DNA of 64,000 nucleotides from a virus (Duplodnaviria; Heunggongvirae; Uroviricota; Caudoviricetes): IMG/VR virus record IMGVR_UViG_2681813455_000010, positions 1,928 to 65,927 of that record; one strand, 5' to 3'. Shown piece by piece: positions 1 to 10,159 of this stretch (position 1 is its first letter; each line of letters starts with the position of its first letter). The notes under the pieces were generated by a model. It saw only the letters and a program-made list of their open reading frames with translations, ran no database searches and was not told where the DNA came from. The position numbers and the translations under genes were made by a program.

Positions 1-296
1 TAGGCAGAACCGGCGTTGTTTCCGGTAAAACCTTCAGTGGTAAGGACTGGAGTCTGACAGCCCGTGCCGGCCTGCATTATGAGTTCGATCTGACGGACAG
101 TGCTGACGTTCACCTGAAGGATGCAGCGGGAGAACATCAGATTAATGGCAGAAAAGACGGTCGTATGCTTTACGGTGTGGGGTTAAATGCCCGGTTTGGC
201 GACAATACGCGTCTGGGGCTGGAAGTTGAACGCTCTGCATTCGGTAAATACAACACAGATGATGCGATAAACGCTAATATTCGTTATTCATTCTGA
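1..296 (+). CDS. C-terminal end of an outer-membrane autotransporter/beta-barrel protein (5' partial)
   Basis: Open frame running off the window start, stop at 294-296; ends ...NANIRYSF with alternating hydrophobic/aromatic beta-strand pattern typical of OMP/autotransporter barrels. Confidence 0.45.
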   Translation, partial: GRTGVVSGKTFSGKDWSLTARAGLHYEFDLTDSADVHLKDAAGEHQINGRKDGRMLYGVGLNARFGDNTRLGLEVERSAFGKYNTDDAINANIRYSF

Positions 297-451
297 TGCT
301 GTGCAGCAAAGGGACTATTGCTTTGTCCCTTTGCTGCGATTATCTGATTACGGTACAGGCTGGAACTTAGATTTTCCGGCGTTCACGATACTTCATGTAA
401 CACTCAGGTTGAGTAATCTTCATGAGTTTTCTTTTGCCGTGTGGTGGAATT

Positions 452-946
452 ATGAATAATATAGATTTATTAAAAACTATAACAAACTACAAAAAAATCA
501 AAAATCCGGCATACCCGGCTCAGGAGAGTCTGTTAATACACTTATATATTAGAGTAAATGACAAAATCCAGAGTATTATAGAAAATGAATTGAGCGAGTA
601 TAGAATAAACACTTCAACATTTATGGTGTTAGTTTCATTATATATGTCTGATGATTATTGTCAGTCCCCTTCTGATATTTACAAGGAGTTACAATTCTCC
701 AAAACAAACATCACACACATCATAGACAAATTAGAAAAAAAGAATATTGCCAAAAGAATTAATAATAAAAACGATCGTCGAAGCAAAAGTATTTGCTTAA
801 CCCCTGACGGAGTTACACTTGCTCAAAAACTAATAAACACTCAAAATGTAATGCTAAAGAAAATCTGGAGCGGGCTATCAGATGATGAAATGAAAACATT
901 TGAACTCGCCAACAAAAAATTATTATCAAACCTTAATGTTAATTGA
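452..946 (+). CDS. MarR-family winged-helix transcriptional regulator (putative)
   Basis: ORF 422..946, likely ATG at 452 (MNNIDLL...); ~165 aa, AT-rich; contains LTPDG motif and size typical of MarR. Confidence 0.4.
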   Translation: MNNIDLLKTITNYKKIKNPAYPAQESLLIHLYIRVNDKIQSIIENELSEYRINTSTFMVLVSLYMSDDYCQSPSDIYKELQFSKTNITHIIDKLEKKNIAKRINNKNDRRSKSICLTPDGVTLAQKLINTQNVMLKKIWSGLSDDEMKTFELANKKLLSNLNVN

Positions 947-1380
947 TGTTAAAACATACTAACAGTCATCTTCTTACAATGTATTCTTCTGGAGAGAATA
1001 ACTACCAGAATATATAAAGACATTAATCACACTCTCATTTAATTACAATGAGCATAAGAGCCACCAATGTTTATGCTGGTTAGGCTTTATATAGGAAACA
1101 ATAAAAAAACGTCATTAAACAAAGCGTTTTTAATGGCGTTGTTATTTAAAAGAAAGATATCAAATATAGATTAACCCCCATCGAATAAAGATGTTGTCTA
1201 ATCATACCTGAAGGTATTTATCACTAGAATTTTATTTGTATAAATGGACATATACCATTGGAAGATTTAGAAAAGCATGTCCAGGAGTTTAAGGACAAAT
1301 CTCATACTGATTATCGGAAGCTTTTATCATTATATGATTACCAAGCATACAATGTATAATTATATACACTATTATTGTGA

Positions 1381-1719
1381 TTATAATTTGTTACTGTGCC
1401 ACTCAAGGGCAATATCTTTGAAGGTGTTGTTTAACTGCGTTTCCCGGGCAATCTTTTCCTCTCGCTTCACTTCCATCAGATCGATTCCCCCAGAGATACC
1501 TCTTTTAGCTTCTTCAAGTTTTGCAGGAGCATCAGCTAAGGTGACCTCAGGATACACACCTAGTGCTAACAGCTTCTCTTTACCAGCTACACGATACTTG
1601 AGACGCCAATATTCTCCTCCACCAGGTTTTACCAGGAGGTACAGACCACCACCATCAGCCAACTTGTAAGCCTTCTCTTTTGGCTTGGCAGTGTCTATTT
1701 GACGGGCATTGAGTTTCAC
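1381..1719 (-). pseudogene. Truncated P4-type integrase, N-terminal arm-binding domain only
   Basis: 112-aa ORF MKLNARQIDTAKPKEKAYKLADGGGLYLLVKPGGGEYWRLKYR... matches the conserved N-terminus of P4-family integrases; no catalytic domain follows; 5' end faces the partial att copy at 1874. Confidence 0.6.
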
Positions 1720-1873
1720 TTGGGGGTATCTCCACTAAACTGAACAGCAAATCCCCTCAATTGCTTGTAGAGTTTGGGGTACTTAAATAGACGTCAAAAG
1801 ACTAAAAGGGGCATTAATATACTGATTATAAGAGGTTTTTAAATACTTGAGTAGACTTGGGGAGACGTTAGAA

Positions 1874-1892
1874 TGGTGCCGATAATAGGAGT
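1874..1892. repeat. Partial att copy (19 bp identical to the tRNA-Thr 3' end)
   Basis: tggtgccgataataggagt identical to the first 19 nt of the 46-bp repeats at 14451 and 62557. Confidence 0.6.
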
Positions 1893-2035
1893 AAAACACT
1901 CGATTAATCTCGTGTTAATGCCATCACCTACGACCATTACTAATTGATTGAATCTTATAGAAAAAATCATCATTTTCTATGCGTTACAATCAATTTTCAC
2001 ATTACAAACGCTCCGACACTTTAGCCGGGGAGTTT

Positions 2036-3313
2036 ATGAGATACAAGCCCAATCAATACATAATCTGTGATTCTTACGGTAACTACTATTTAAGGATCAC
2101 GCTGCCTGTGTATATGCAGCCCTTTTTTGAAGGAAAAAGGACGTTTGTCAGGAGTCTGCACACAAGTAATCTTCGTGTTGCACGTAGAAAGCGTGATCAG
2201 ATTGCAGATGAATACCATTGCTTACGGGAGAGTGTCGCCCCTGTAAACAGCACAATAGAGAACACGCTGGAACTGTTACGCAGTAAGGCTAAATACGCCA
2301 AAACAGCTACCAGAATGCAAGATACAGCGTCTTCGTGTCCGTCATTGCTTAAAATTCTTGAAATCTACCTGACAATTAACAGCACGAAGAAGAAGCCAGC
2401 CACTTTAGCTAAGGCAAGAAAAGCGGTAGAGATGTTTCTCTCCTACCGTAAAAAGCCTGATATTGCATTGCAAGATGTGAGCCGCACCACTGTTACAGGC
2501 TGGATTGAACACATGCAAAAAACCCTTTCACAACAATCAATTGCAAATTATATCAGCCCAATGGCCCAGCTATGGGAGTTAGCTTCATCACGTTACCACG
2601 ATGCGCCAGAAAGGGCGCTCTCCCCCTGGCGAGGGCATAGGCTTGATGTGGCACAAAGTAGAGAGAGCTACGAGGCATTTTCTAACAAAGAGCTATTGCA
2701 GGTGTTGCAAGTATTTTCCGGTAATTCAGCAGAAAACAAAGAAATGATGGCTTTGTGTCTTATCGGTGCTTATACAGGTATGCGGATCAATGAGATAGCA
2801 AGTCTCACAATAGACGATGTGAAAGAGATCGAAGGTGTGCTGTGTTTTGAAATCACACAGGGAAAAACGAAAGCTGCGGCGCGTGTTGTGCCTGTACATA
2901 GCCTTATCACTCCGTTGGTGTTGTCGCTGCGTGAAAAGCCTCATAATGGCTTTTTGTTCTATCACGCCAGCATTACAGAGCGTGCTGATGGTAAACGTTC
3001 CACGTGGCACACGCAGAGATTTACAAGAGCTAAACGAAAGGCTTTAGGGGAAAAGGGAACAGAAAGGAAAGTGTTTCATTCTCTGAGACACGGAGTAGCA
3101 CAGCTTCTTGATCGAAATCAAATTCCAGAAGACAGGATCGCCCTTCTCCTGGGCCATACACGCGGCAATACAGAGACATTCCGCACATATAGCAAGAATG
3201 CAGCTTCTCCAGTAGAGCTTAAAAACTATATTGAGCTTCTACGCTACCCTGAAATAGAGAAAGGCTTATCAATCAATAAAAAATCAAATTTAAGGCGTAA
3301 AACAACGCCATAG
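2036..3313 (+). CDS. Tyrosine recombinase / integrase
   Basis: ORF 1979..3313; probable start ATG 2036 preceded by GGGGAG; C-terminal HSLRHGVAQLL ... LLGH ... RTY catalytic motif pattern. Confidence 0.75.
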   Translation: MRYKPNQYIICDSYGNYYLRITLPVYMQPFFEGKRTFVRSLHTSNLRVARRKRDQIADEYHCLRESVAPVNSTIENTLELLRSKAKYAKTATRMQDTASSCPSLLKILEIYLTINSTKKKPATLAKARKAVEMFLSYRKKPDIALQDVSRTTVTGWIEHMQKTLSQQSIANYISPMAQLWELASSRYHDAPERALSPWRGHRLDVAQSRESYEAFSNKELLQVLQVFSGNSAENKEMMALCLIGAYTGMRINEIASLTIDDVKEIEGVLCFEITQGKTKAAARVVPVHSLITPLVLSLREKPHNGFLFYHASITERADGKRSTWHTQRFTRAKRKALGEKGTERKVFHSLRHGVAQLLDRNQIPEDRIALLLGHTRGNTETFRTYSKNAASPVELKNYIELLRYPEIEKGLSINKKSNLRRKTTP

Positions 3314-3393
3314 ACGCAATAAAGAGGCTTCAACATAATTGGTAGCCTCTTTTATAATTACATCGTTACAGAGCGTTTTAGAGGCGTTTACGG

Positions 3394-4107
3394 CTATTCC
3401 TGTTTAAAGGCAGGCGTAATAGTGTCTTCACCTTCACTACTTGATTTTTCAGTGTTAACACGTTTTTTCATATTAGCCCCGATGTTCTTAGATGGCTGTG
3501 TTTTGAGAGCTACAGTGTTTACAGTGCCATACGACACTAATCTGATTTGCTCAAATTCCAAATCAAATACCAGAGATTCGCTTGCTTCTTCTGTGTATTC
3601 GATGCCTGTTAAAACAACGTTCTCAAAAGTTTTATTTTCTGTAACAAGAAGAAAAGGCTGTCTACTGTCCATAATCTGATTTAGATAATCAATCGCTAAT
3701 GATCTTCTGTTCCCGTTCACCCCTGCACTCTTTAACAAGCCAGGATCGCTTTTAATCGGTGTTTCAGTGATCCTTCCTTTAAGAGAAAACTTATTGTTTT
3801 TAATTTGAACGTGATCAGACACAGTAGCACCATTTTCTACGGGGTAGCTTGTGACATCTGCCGAACGTCTCACGTTCACATCGTCTACACTGTCAAAGGC
3901 CAGTGCCATATAATTTTCATAAACGTCATTGCCAGAAGATGCCAAGCCACTGGTAACAATAGCAAATCCGTTCTCTCCTTTTGTTTTATTAGCTTTGCTA
4001 TTTTCGTTTTTTGTAGAGTTTATATCTTGTTCTGCTTTGTAAACAGCCTGAACGTGTTGTTCTGGAGTATTTGCTGCACGTATGGTTAAAATCCCGGCGG
4101 TCGCCAT
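3394..4107 (-). CDS. Hypothetical protein (possible virion/structural protein)
   Basis: 237-aa ORF, last gene of the leftward operon. Confidence 0.35.
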   Translation of the reverse strand: MATAGILTIRAANTPEQHVQAVYKAEQDINSTKNENSKANKTKGENGFAIVTSGLASSGNDVYENYMALAFDSVDDVNVRRSADVTSYPVENGATVSDHVQIKNNKFSLKGRITETPIKSDPGLLKSAGVNGNRRSLAIDYLNQIMDSRQPFLLVTENKTFENVVLTGIEYTEEASESLVFDLEFEQIRLVSYGTVNTVALKTQPSKNIGANMKKRVNTEKSSSEGEDTITPAFKQE

Positions 4108-4140
4108 AATAATAATTTCCTTGTAATGTTATGGCGGGAA

Positions 4141-5970
4141 TTACCCGCCGTTGGATTGTCCTGATAAGCTGGTTAATGTTAATGATTTCAAGAAGCTATC
4201 CCGACTTGCTCTCGCTGTAAAATCCACATAATCGCTTAATCTGGATGTGTCAGAATTAATAGTAAGAGGAACCTCTGTTACCACTTCAAATGTAGGATTC
4301 AGATTAAACACAGGAGATAAATTATAAGCCGGAGTTGTCATTGCAAGATTATTTAAAGCACCCTGTTTGAGATTGGTTATCGGTGCTTCGCTGACTGACA
4401 TTTTTACATCTGACACAGAAGATTTATCATCGAAAAGCAATCCCTTAATCGTATTAAATAGAGAATGACTATTATCAGGTGTAGTTGTTGCAGTGCCAGC
4501 GCCTTTATATTGATCAGGAACGAGATTAGAAAGATTCTGTTTCATTCCTTCATTGCTTAATGGCGGTGCATCTCCCATATTTTTCTGAATAGCTTCCGTC
4601 TTATCATCATTACGATTAAACCAGTTTACAATCTTCATAATAGCTTCAAAGAGACTTCCTGTAGCTTCTCCCAGCTTCGTAAAATACGGAGTGAGATTAG
4701 AAAGGTTTTTCATAAACTCTTCCGTTACTTTTGGATCAAGAGATTTCATAAAGCCGTCTACGAATGCTACTTGTCTTGCATCAGAAAGCTGTGAAAGCTG
4801 TCTGTTTAGTTCTCTGAATTTAACGATAGATTCTTGCTGTGTTTCTGTTAGCCATTTTCCAGAGGCTTTTTGCTGATTAATACTTTCTTGTACATCTTTA
4901 ACGGAACGTTGCCAATATTTTGACGTAAGCATCAAATCATCGCCCAGGTCTTCTAAACGTTGTCCAATTTGGGAGTCTGAAAACCCTTTTTTCATCATTC
5001 CATTAACAGCCTTAGAAATTAATCCGGCTGGATTATCAGCAAATTTTTTAAGGTCGCTTTTGTTAATAACACCGATGTTTAGAAGTTCATTAATAGCGTT
5101 ATCACCGCCTTTCCATTCAGATTTTCCGGTTTTCTTATCTTTCACCAATTCAGCTTCACTGTAGGATTTTGCGGCACGTTCCCTAACATCTTTCATCTGA
5201 TCCAGGTATTTTCTAGCCCCTTGATCACCCATCATAGAGTCAACGCCGTTTCTATAGGCCCATTCTGTAATGTTATACATCTGGTTAACGTCTACACCGC
5301 CCAGCTTGGCACGTTGAATTAGCTCACCTTGCGTGTCAGCGTTAGCGAAGCTATTAGCCATAAATTCAGCGGTTTTGCTTGCAGCCATCACGCCAGCCGC
5401 CGCTGTAGCGCCTCCAAATAACAGAGCGCCCATAGTGGCGGAATTCCCTGATCCTCCCTTAACGGGGGCTAATTGAGCTTTTCTGTTGCCATTAATCTTA
5501 CGTTGTTGCTGTTGTAAGCGTTTCATCTGGCTATTCATACGTGCAAGCGAGATAGCCCCTTGCTCATATTGTTTCGCTATCTCTCTAGCCTGTGCAATAG
5601 CTTTATATTGTTCCGCTACAGAGAGGCGGTGCATTGCACTAATGCTTGATCCAACGTCTAAAAGCTTTAGTTCAGCTTTCTCCTTACGTGCTGCTATTTG
5701 TTGCTGTTGCCTTGCCTGTGCTCTTGCTGCGGCAGCTTGTGCTCTTTGATTCTGTTTTTCTGTTTTAGCTTTCTGTTGAGCAATCTTGTCTACTTCGCTT
5801 TGTGCTTTCTTATAGCCTTTAGTGACATTATCAAACCTCAGTTTAGCTGGCTTGATATTATCAGTGAATTCTTTTAGGCTTGTAATAGAGTCTTTCGCTT
5901 TTTTCAAGCTGTCTTTATCTACACTAAATGTAACTGTGTTCTTAATTTTAGAAGTGTTAATTTCTAACAT
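4141..5970 (-). CDS. Coiled-coil protein with Gly/Ala-rich hydrophobic segment (tape-measure-like or internal virion protein)
   Basis: 609 aa; N-terminal Q/A/R/K-rich coiled coil (QQKAKTEKQNQRAQAAAARAQARQQQQ), then GALLFGGATAAAGVMAAS segment. Confidence 0.4.
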   Translation of the reverse strand: MLEINTSKIKNTVTFSVDKDSLKKAKDSITSLKEFTDNIKPAKLRFDNVTKGYKKAQSEVDKIAQQKAKTEKQNQRAQAAAARAQARQQQQIAARKEKAELKLLDVGSSISAMHRLSVAEQYKAIAQAREIAKQYEQGAISLARMNSQMKRLQQQQRKINGNRKAQLAPVKGGSGNSATMGALLFGGATAAAGVMAASKTAEFMANSFANADTQGELIQRAKLGGVDVNQMYNITEWAYRNGVDSMMGDQGARKYLDQMKDVRERAAKSYSEAELVKDKKTGKSEWKGGDNAINELLNIGVINKSDLKKFADNPAGLISKAVNGMMKKGFSDSQIGQRLEDLGDDLMLTSKYWQRSVKDVQESINQQKASGKWLTETQQESIVKFRELNRQLSQLSDARQVAFVDGFMKSLDPKVTEEFMKNLSNLTPYFTKLGEATGSLFEAIMKIVNWFNRNDDKTEAIQKNMGDAPPLSNEGMKQNLSNLVPDQYKGAGTATTTPDNSHSLFNTIKGLLFDDKSSVSDVKMSVSEAPITNLKQGALNNLAMTTPAYNLSPVFNLNPTFEVVTEVPLTINSDTSRLSDYVDFTARASRDSFLKSLTLTSLSGQSNGG

Positions 5971-5984
5971 TTAAAATCCCCTTA

Positions 5985-6188
5985 TTAATCATTTTTATCA
6001 CCTTCTTTACTTAAGAAATGGTGTAGAGCCTGATCAATACTCTCGTTTAATCTGAACATACGGGCTTTTACTCCTTCATATGGAACATCTAAAAGAGAAC
6101 AGAGATATTTCAGATTTAACAAGCCTCTAGAATCATTAGCATCTAGATGTACGTGCACACCATTTTTTGATTTCAAAATCACTTCCAT
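5985..6188 (-). CDS. Hypothetical small protein
   Basis: 67-aa ORF between capsid-like and coiled-coil genes. Confidence 0.3.
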   Translation of the reverse strand: MEVILKSKNGVHVHLDANDSRGLLNLKYLCSLLDVPYEGVKARMFRLNESIDQALHHFLSKEGDKND

Positions 6189-6274
6189 ATTTTAATCACC
6201 TCTCAAAATTTAAAAATAAATAAAAAAAAGGCGAAGCGTGAATACACGCCACGCCTCTATTACACGTTAAAATA

Positions 6275-7303
6275 TTATTTAACAGTGATTTGAACGGAGA
6301 AGCCTACACCGTGGTTTACAACCATCTGGCTATTCTCTGTAACAACGTTAACAGCATCACCACGAGAAGATTCATAGCTGTAGCTATAGACCTCAGTAGG
6401 GGCGGCATTGATCAGTTCAAAGGTGCTGGAAGCAGCCCCGTAGATGTTCTGATATACGTTAGAGCCTTTAGCGAATTTAGGCACAGCTACAGCGTCTGCG
6501 GTCATATGTGCCAGGTGTAGCGGATCTACCAGTTTAATAACATCAATGTTAGTTCCTGGAATAGTGAACGCTGTCACTCCTGGCAGCAGGTCACGACGCT
6601 GATACACAACGTTCCCTTCTTCCAGTGGGCTTACATACTGGAATGCGTTTGCCATACCAGCAGAGAATCGAATTGCAGAGAAGGCGTCAGGTTTACAGAA
6701 AACAACAATACGCTCTACAGCAGCCGCCTGACTCTGTGCTTTTTCAATAATATCAGTAGCAATCTGATCAAATTCTTTAAAAATCTTCGTGGTGTCAGTG
6801 CTGGAAGCGTTCACAGTGGCTTTCATAGCTGATACGTTAAACAGCTTGCCCCACTCAATTAACACATCATCAGTTTTCGGTGTGTAAGTTTTACCGCTAA
6901 ACAGAGATGCAGCTAGCACGCTCTCTTTTGTACGCTGATACGCTACGTGATGTTTTGCAACATAGTCAGCATAGATATCAGTGAGTGTTTCCTGAAAATC
7001 AGTGCCAGGCTTACGCTTGCCTTGAACATCAGAAGGACGGATCACATCTTCACGAAGAAAATACGGGATTTCAATCAGCCATTCTTTACCTTGTTCTCGC
7101 TTAGTAACATTGTGTTCAGAAGAGAAACGAGAGGTTTCTTTGTTGAACAGAGATTCGTTGCTTTCGACAAGCTGGGAAACAGCTACTTTATGAGATGTAA
7201 CCCCTACAGAATCCGTAAAATCAAGAGTAGAAAGCAGATAGTTTCTAGTGCTATGCGCAGAGAACAGAGGAGCTAAATCAACGTAATCATTACCTAGAAT
7301 CAT
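6275..7303 (-). CDS. Putative major capsid protein, distant lambda gpE-family homolog
   Basis: 342 aa vs lambda E 341 aa in this window; co-linear weak matches at equivalent positions (IVVFCKPDAFSAIRFS vs IIVFDPKGWALFRSF; C-terminal FSVQI vs FVSVQL); followed by hairpin plus T-run. Confidence 0.45.
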   Translation of the reverse strand: MILGNDYVDLAPLFSAHSTRNYLLSTLDFTDSVGVTSHKVAVSQLVESNESLFNKETSRFSSEHNVTKREQGKEWLIEIPYFLREDVIRPSDVQGKRKPGTDFQETLTDIYADYVAKHHVAYQRTKESVLAASLFSGKTYTPKTDDVLIEWGKLFNVSAMKATVNASSTDTTKIFKEFDQIATDIIEKAQSQAAAVERIVVFCKPDAFSAIRFSAGMANAFQYVSPLEEGNVVYQRRDLLPGVTAFTIPGTNIDVIKLVDPLHLAHMTADAVAVPKFAKGSNVYQNIYGAASSTFELINAAPTEVYSYSYESSRGDAVNVVTENSQMVVNHGVGFSVQITVK

Positions 7304-7321
7304 TTATTATTATTCCTTTTA

Positions 7322-7684
7322 TTAAGAAGTGAAAACCGTATTAAAGCCTTCAAGCTGGAAGCCTTTTTTAATTAATGCTGTTTTTGCTGCTTCACTTACA
7401 GCATTCAGGGCATCAGCTTTAATGCACACAAGGCCAGCATTGCTACGTAGCACATCTACAGGCTTGTTTTCTCCTGCCGTTACAAATTCACTCATAACAA
7501 CATAGATATCATCTCCTGATTCATATTTAGCGCCCGTGCTTGTGATCAAGTCGCCACACTCAACATCAGCAGGAAGAGAAGCAAAAACCTTGCTTTCTAC
7601 AGAGGCAAACGGATCAGTACAATAACTTACAATATCTGTGAAAGTCTTTCTAACTGGAAACAGAGTGTCTAAATCAATAATCAT
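7322..7684 (-). CDS. Hypothetical protein (decoration/scaffold position upstream of capsid gene)
   Basis: 120-aa ORF immediately upstream of the capsid-like gene, as lambda D is relative to E. Confidence 0.3.
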   Translation of the reverse strand: MIIDLDTLFPVRKTFTDIVSYCTDPFASVESKVFASLPADVECGDLITSTGAKYESGDDIYVVMSEFVTAGENKPVDVLRSNAGLVCIKADALNAVSEAAKTALIKKGFQLEGFNTVFTS

Positions 7685-7893
7685 TTAGTAATCTCCTTAG
7701 CTTTTAATTTGATTAATTCATTAAGGGAAGGTGTAGACGGAGAAGAAGGAGAAAAATATTTTTCAACACATCTTTCTACTTCCTCTACAGAACACCCAGC
7801 GTATTTAGCTACCATTTCGGTAATTTGTGGATTAATTTTCAGCATTTCATCTTTATACTTGATGATTTGCTCTTTATCATTTAAGAACAACAT
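7681..7893 (-). CDS. Hypothetical small protein
   Basis: 70-aa ORF overlapping the next gene by 4 nt. Confidence 0.3.
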   Translation of the reverse strand: MLFLNDKEQIIKYKDEMLKINPQITEMVAKYAGCSVEEVERCVEKYFSPSSPSTPSLNELIKLKAKEITK

Positions 7894-8026
7894 TTATATA
7901 AACCTTGTTACCTTGTTTAAAGTAAGAAATACAACTTTTAAGTTGCATAACGGGCAAAATAAAAGGCAGCATTTAGAGCCGCCTTTTATTAACTTGTACC
8001 TATGTAATTACCCTATGTTATGCATA

Positions 8027-8056
8027 CTCCAAGATGTATGCATAACAAAGGAAAAA
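8027..8056. promoter_or_regulatory. Perfect 11-bp inverted repeat (candidate operator)
   Basis: gttatgcatac-N8-gtatgcataac in the noncoding gap upstream of the structural-like genes. Confidence 0.3.
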
Positions 8057-8242
8057 AGAGGTAATAATGACACAGTATTACTTAAGGAGGAGAAGCGGGG
8101 AGCGGAGATTTTACTCCCCTTTAACGACAAGAAGAATTTTTAATATCGAACCAATAAAGGAAAAATAATCACCCCTATATAATTATATTAACATACAATA
8201 GATGAAATGTCAAGATATTTTACAACTTTTTTGTTGCTTTTT

Positions 8243-8611
8243 TTATTCTTCTGTGATAGTAGCGCCTAAGCGTTGAGCTAGTTCAACAAGGCCATCTCCC
8301 ACATAGCGAACATCAGATTCAATATCTTCTATCCAGTTTGAGAGACTCCATATCTGATCCGCTGTCAGATATGCGTTCTCACGCTTACAGAGCATCTCTA
8401 CACGCTTAGAGAGGTGCTCAAAGGCATTCACAGCTAAATCCCAGTGTTTAAACGCCTCATTGAGTGCCGCTGGCGTGTTTTCTCTGTATGCTTCAAGTTC
8501 AGCACGGTTTAAAGGCAGGAGGTAATCATCCTCATAATAATTAATTAGTGAGTAAATTGTGTCATACGTGTTTTTGTTCATATTAAAAGTCTCCATAGTG
8601 ATCAGCACCAT
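8243..8611 (-). CDS. Hypothetical protein
   Basis: 122-aa ORF. Confidence 0.3.
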   Translation of the reverse strand: MVLITMETFNMNKNTYDTIYSLINYYEDDYLLPLNRAELEAYRENTPAALNEAFKHWDLAVNAFEHLSKRVEMLCKRENAYLTADQIWSLSNWIEDIESDVRYVGDGLVELAQRLGATITEE

Positions 8612-8993
8612 CTAAAATTTGGAATTCAGGGACTAAATTATTTAGGCCATTGGTGGCGAGATAACCGACGTAGTGATTATAATCTTCAAATCCTAAAATC
8701 TGGTATTTGCGTAAATCAGAGCTATCAACGATATACTCTTTTCTTTTTCTAGGTTTCCAGAATACGCCAGGTGTTGAAGATAAGATTTCTTGTAAGGCGT
8801 TAAATTCATCTCCACAAGGCACAGAGGGAGAATGTTCTATGATCTCTGTTTTCCATTCGCCAGGGGCGCTATTTTGCTTGGTGAGCGTAACTAGCTCTTT
8901 AAAGTCTTTACGTCTTAGAATAGATTTAGGTTTACTTAGAAGAGAAGCTGAATCACCGATTTTCTTAACAACGTTGTTTTTTCTTTTTGCCAT
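8583..8993 (-). CDS. Hypothetical basic protein
   Basis: 136-aa ORF with Lys/Arg-rich N-terminus. Confidence 0.3.
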   Translation of the reverse strand: MAKRKNNVVKKIGDSASLLSKPKSILRRKDFKELVTLTKQNSAPGEWKTEIIEHSPSVPCGDEFNALQEILSSTPGVFWKPRKRKEYIVDSSDLRKYQILGFEDYNHYVGYLATNGLNNLVPEFQILDGADHYGDF

Positions 8994-9125
8994 TATTTAC
9001 TTTTCCTTTTCTTTTAAAGGAAAACACCCCGAAATATGCTTCTAACGTGATAAAGAACAATAACCAATACATAGCTACTATCATAATAATGTTTTCCTTT
9101 TATATTTTAATTACATAGAGAGATT

Positions 9126-9404
9126 TTAGAGAGTGGAATAGATGAAGTCTATTTCTTTATCCAGTCTTTTGAGATTGAATGTAGAGAAAGATAATTCTTT
9201 AATCTCTATAACACCGAAATTTGATAGCTGTCTAAGCCAGAATTTTAAACCATCTTCAGAGCACCCTGCTCGATGTAACACATCGCTATATTTTAGCGGT
9301 GTTGGCTTTCCTTTATAGAGGTAAGCAAGTGTTTCATAGATGCGTTTTCCTGTGTCATTACACTGAATTCTGTCTACTTGATTTTTTACTAAATATTGAA
9401 TCAT
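9126..9404 (-). CDS. Hypothetical small DNA-binding-like protein
   Basis: 92-aa ORF. Confidence 0.3.
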   Translation of the reverse strand: MIQYLVKNQVDRIQCNDTGKRIYETLAYLYKGKPTPLKYSDVLHRAGCSEDGLKFWLRQLSNFGVIEIKELSFSTFNLKRLDKEIDFIYSTL

Positions 9405-9415
9405 AACCCTCCTTA

Positions 9416-10108
9416 TTAAAATGGAATATCAAAGTCTTCATATACTTTGGGATGTTTCTTAGCAAAATATGCCTCAATACCATTTGGTCGTTTTAGCCCG
9501 TATCTACAAGCTAGTGAATTTGCAAACTCAATAAATGATGCCCCTGCTGTTCTGGTATTCTTCTGCTGGCAGATAAGAGAGGCAAAATTCTCTAACACAT
9601 CCTCCTCATTATCATTAGCTACCTTTTCATTTGATGAAACAGGTGTTTCTTCCGTCTCCCACGGCAAAGGCGTATCCCAATCATCATCAAGAACATCAAA
9701 AGAAGGCTGTTTATGGCCTTTAGGTTGTTCCTGTGCTTCTTCTGCCTCAGAAAGATCAGAGAGTGATGATTCTCCTGGGGGAGTAATATGTGCATCTGTG
9801 AGAGGGAGAGCATTGTAAATCAAAGATGAAATATACGGATCAGGATGTGGGGATGTTTCTAATAATCCCATCTCTTTAAGATCGTTTATCTTACGTTTAA
9901 TTGTTGACGATGAAGACTTAAAAATCTTAGCTAATGTTTCGTGACTTTCATAACAATTAAGGTTGTTTTCCTGATAACTAAGGAATCGAAAATAAAGCAC
10001 AATATGTAATAGATCTAAATCTTTTCCTTGAGGGAATTTATCAGAATAAATCTTTGATACATTATCAAACGTGTCATAGTGTTTTGTAAAAGTTAGTTGA
10101 TTAATCAT
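9416..10108 (-). CDS. Winged-helix DNA-binding protein with acidic linker (replication-initiator-like)
   Basis: 230 aa; HTH-like segment ETLAKIFKSSSSTIKRKINDLKEMGLLE, then a D/E-rich region; iterons nearby. Confidence 0.4.
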   Translation of the reverse strand: MINQLTFTKHYDTFDNVSKIYSDKFPQGKDLDLLHIVLYFRFLSYQENNLNCYESHETLAKIFKSSSSTIKRKINDLKEMGLLETSPHPDPYISSLIYNALPLTDAHITPPGESSLSDLSEAEEAQEQPKGHKQPSFDVLDDDWDTPLPWETEETPVSSNEKVANDNEEDVLENFASLICQQKNTRTAGASFIEFANSLACRYGLKRPNGIEAYFAKKHPKVYEDFDIPF

Positions 10109-10159
10109 TAAAAATCTCCTTATAAATCACGCTTAATGCGCTACTAAAGTGAATGAGGA

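Noticed and set aside
1277-1669. 130-aa plus-strand ORF
   Set aside because: Antisense to the P4-type integrase fragment, which has the clear conserved sequence.
1874-1892. Possible second tRNA gene
   Set aside because: Only 19 nt of the tRNA 3' end are present; no acceptor or anticodon arm can be formed.
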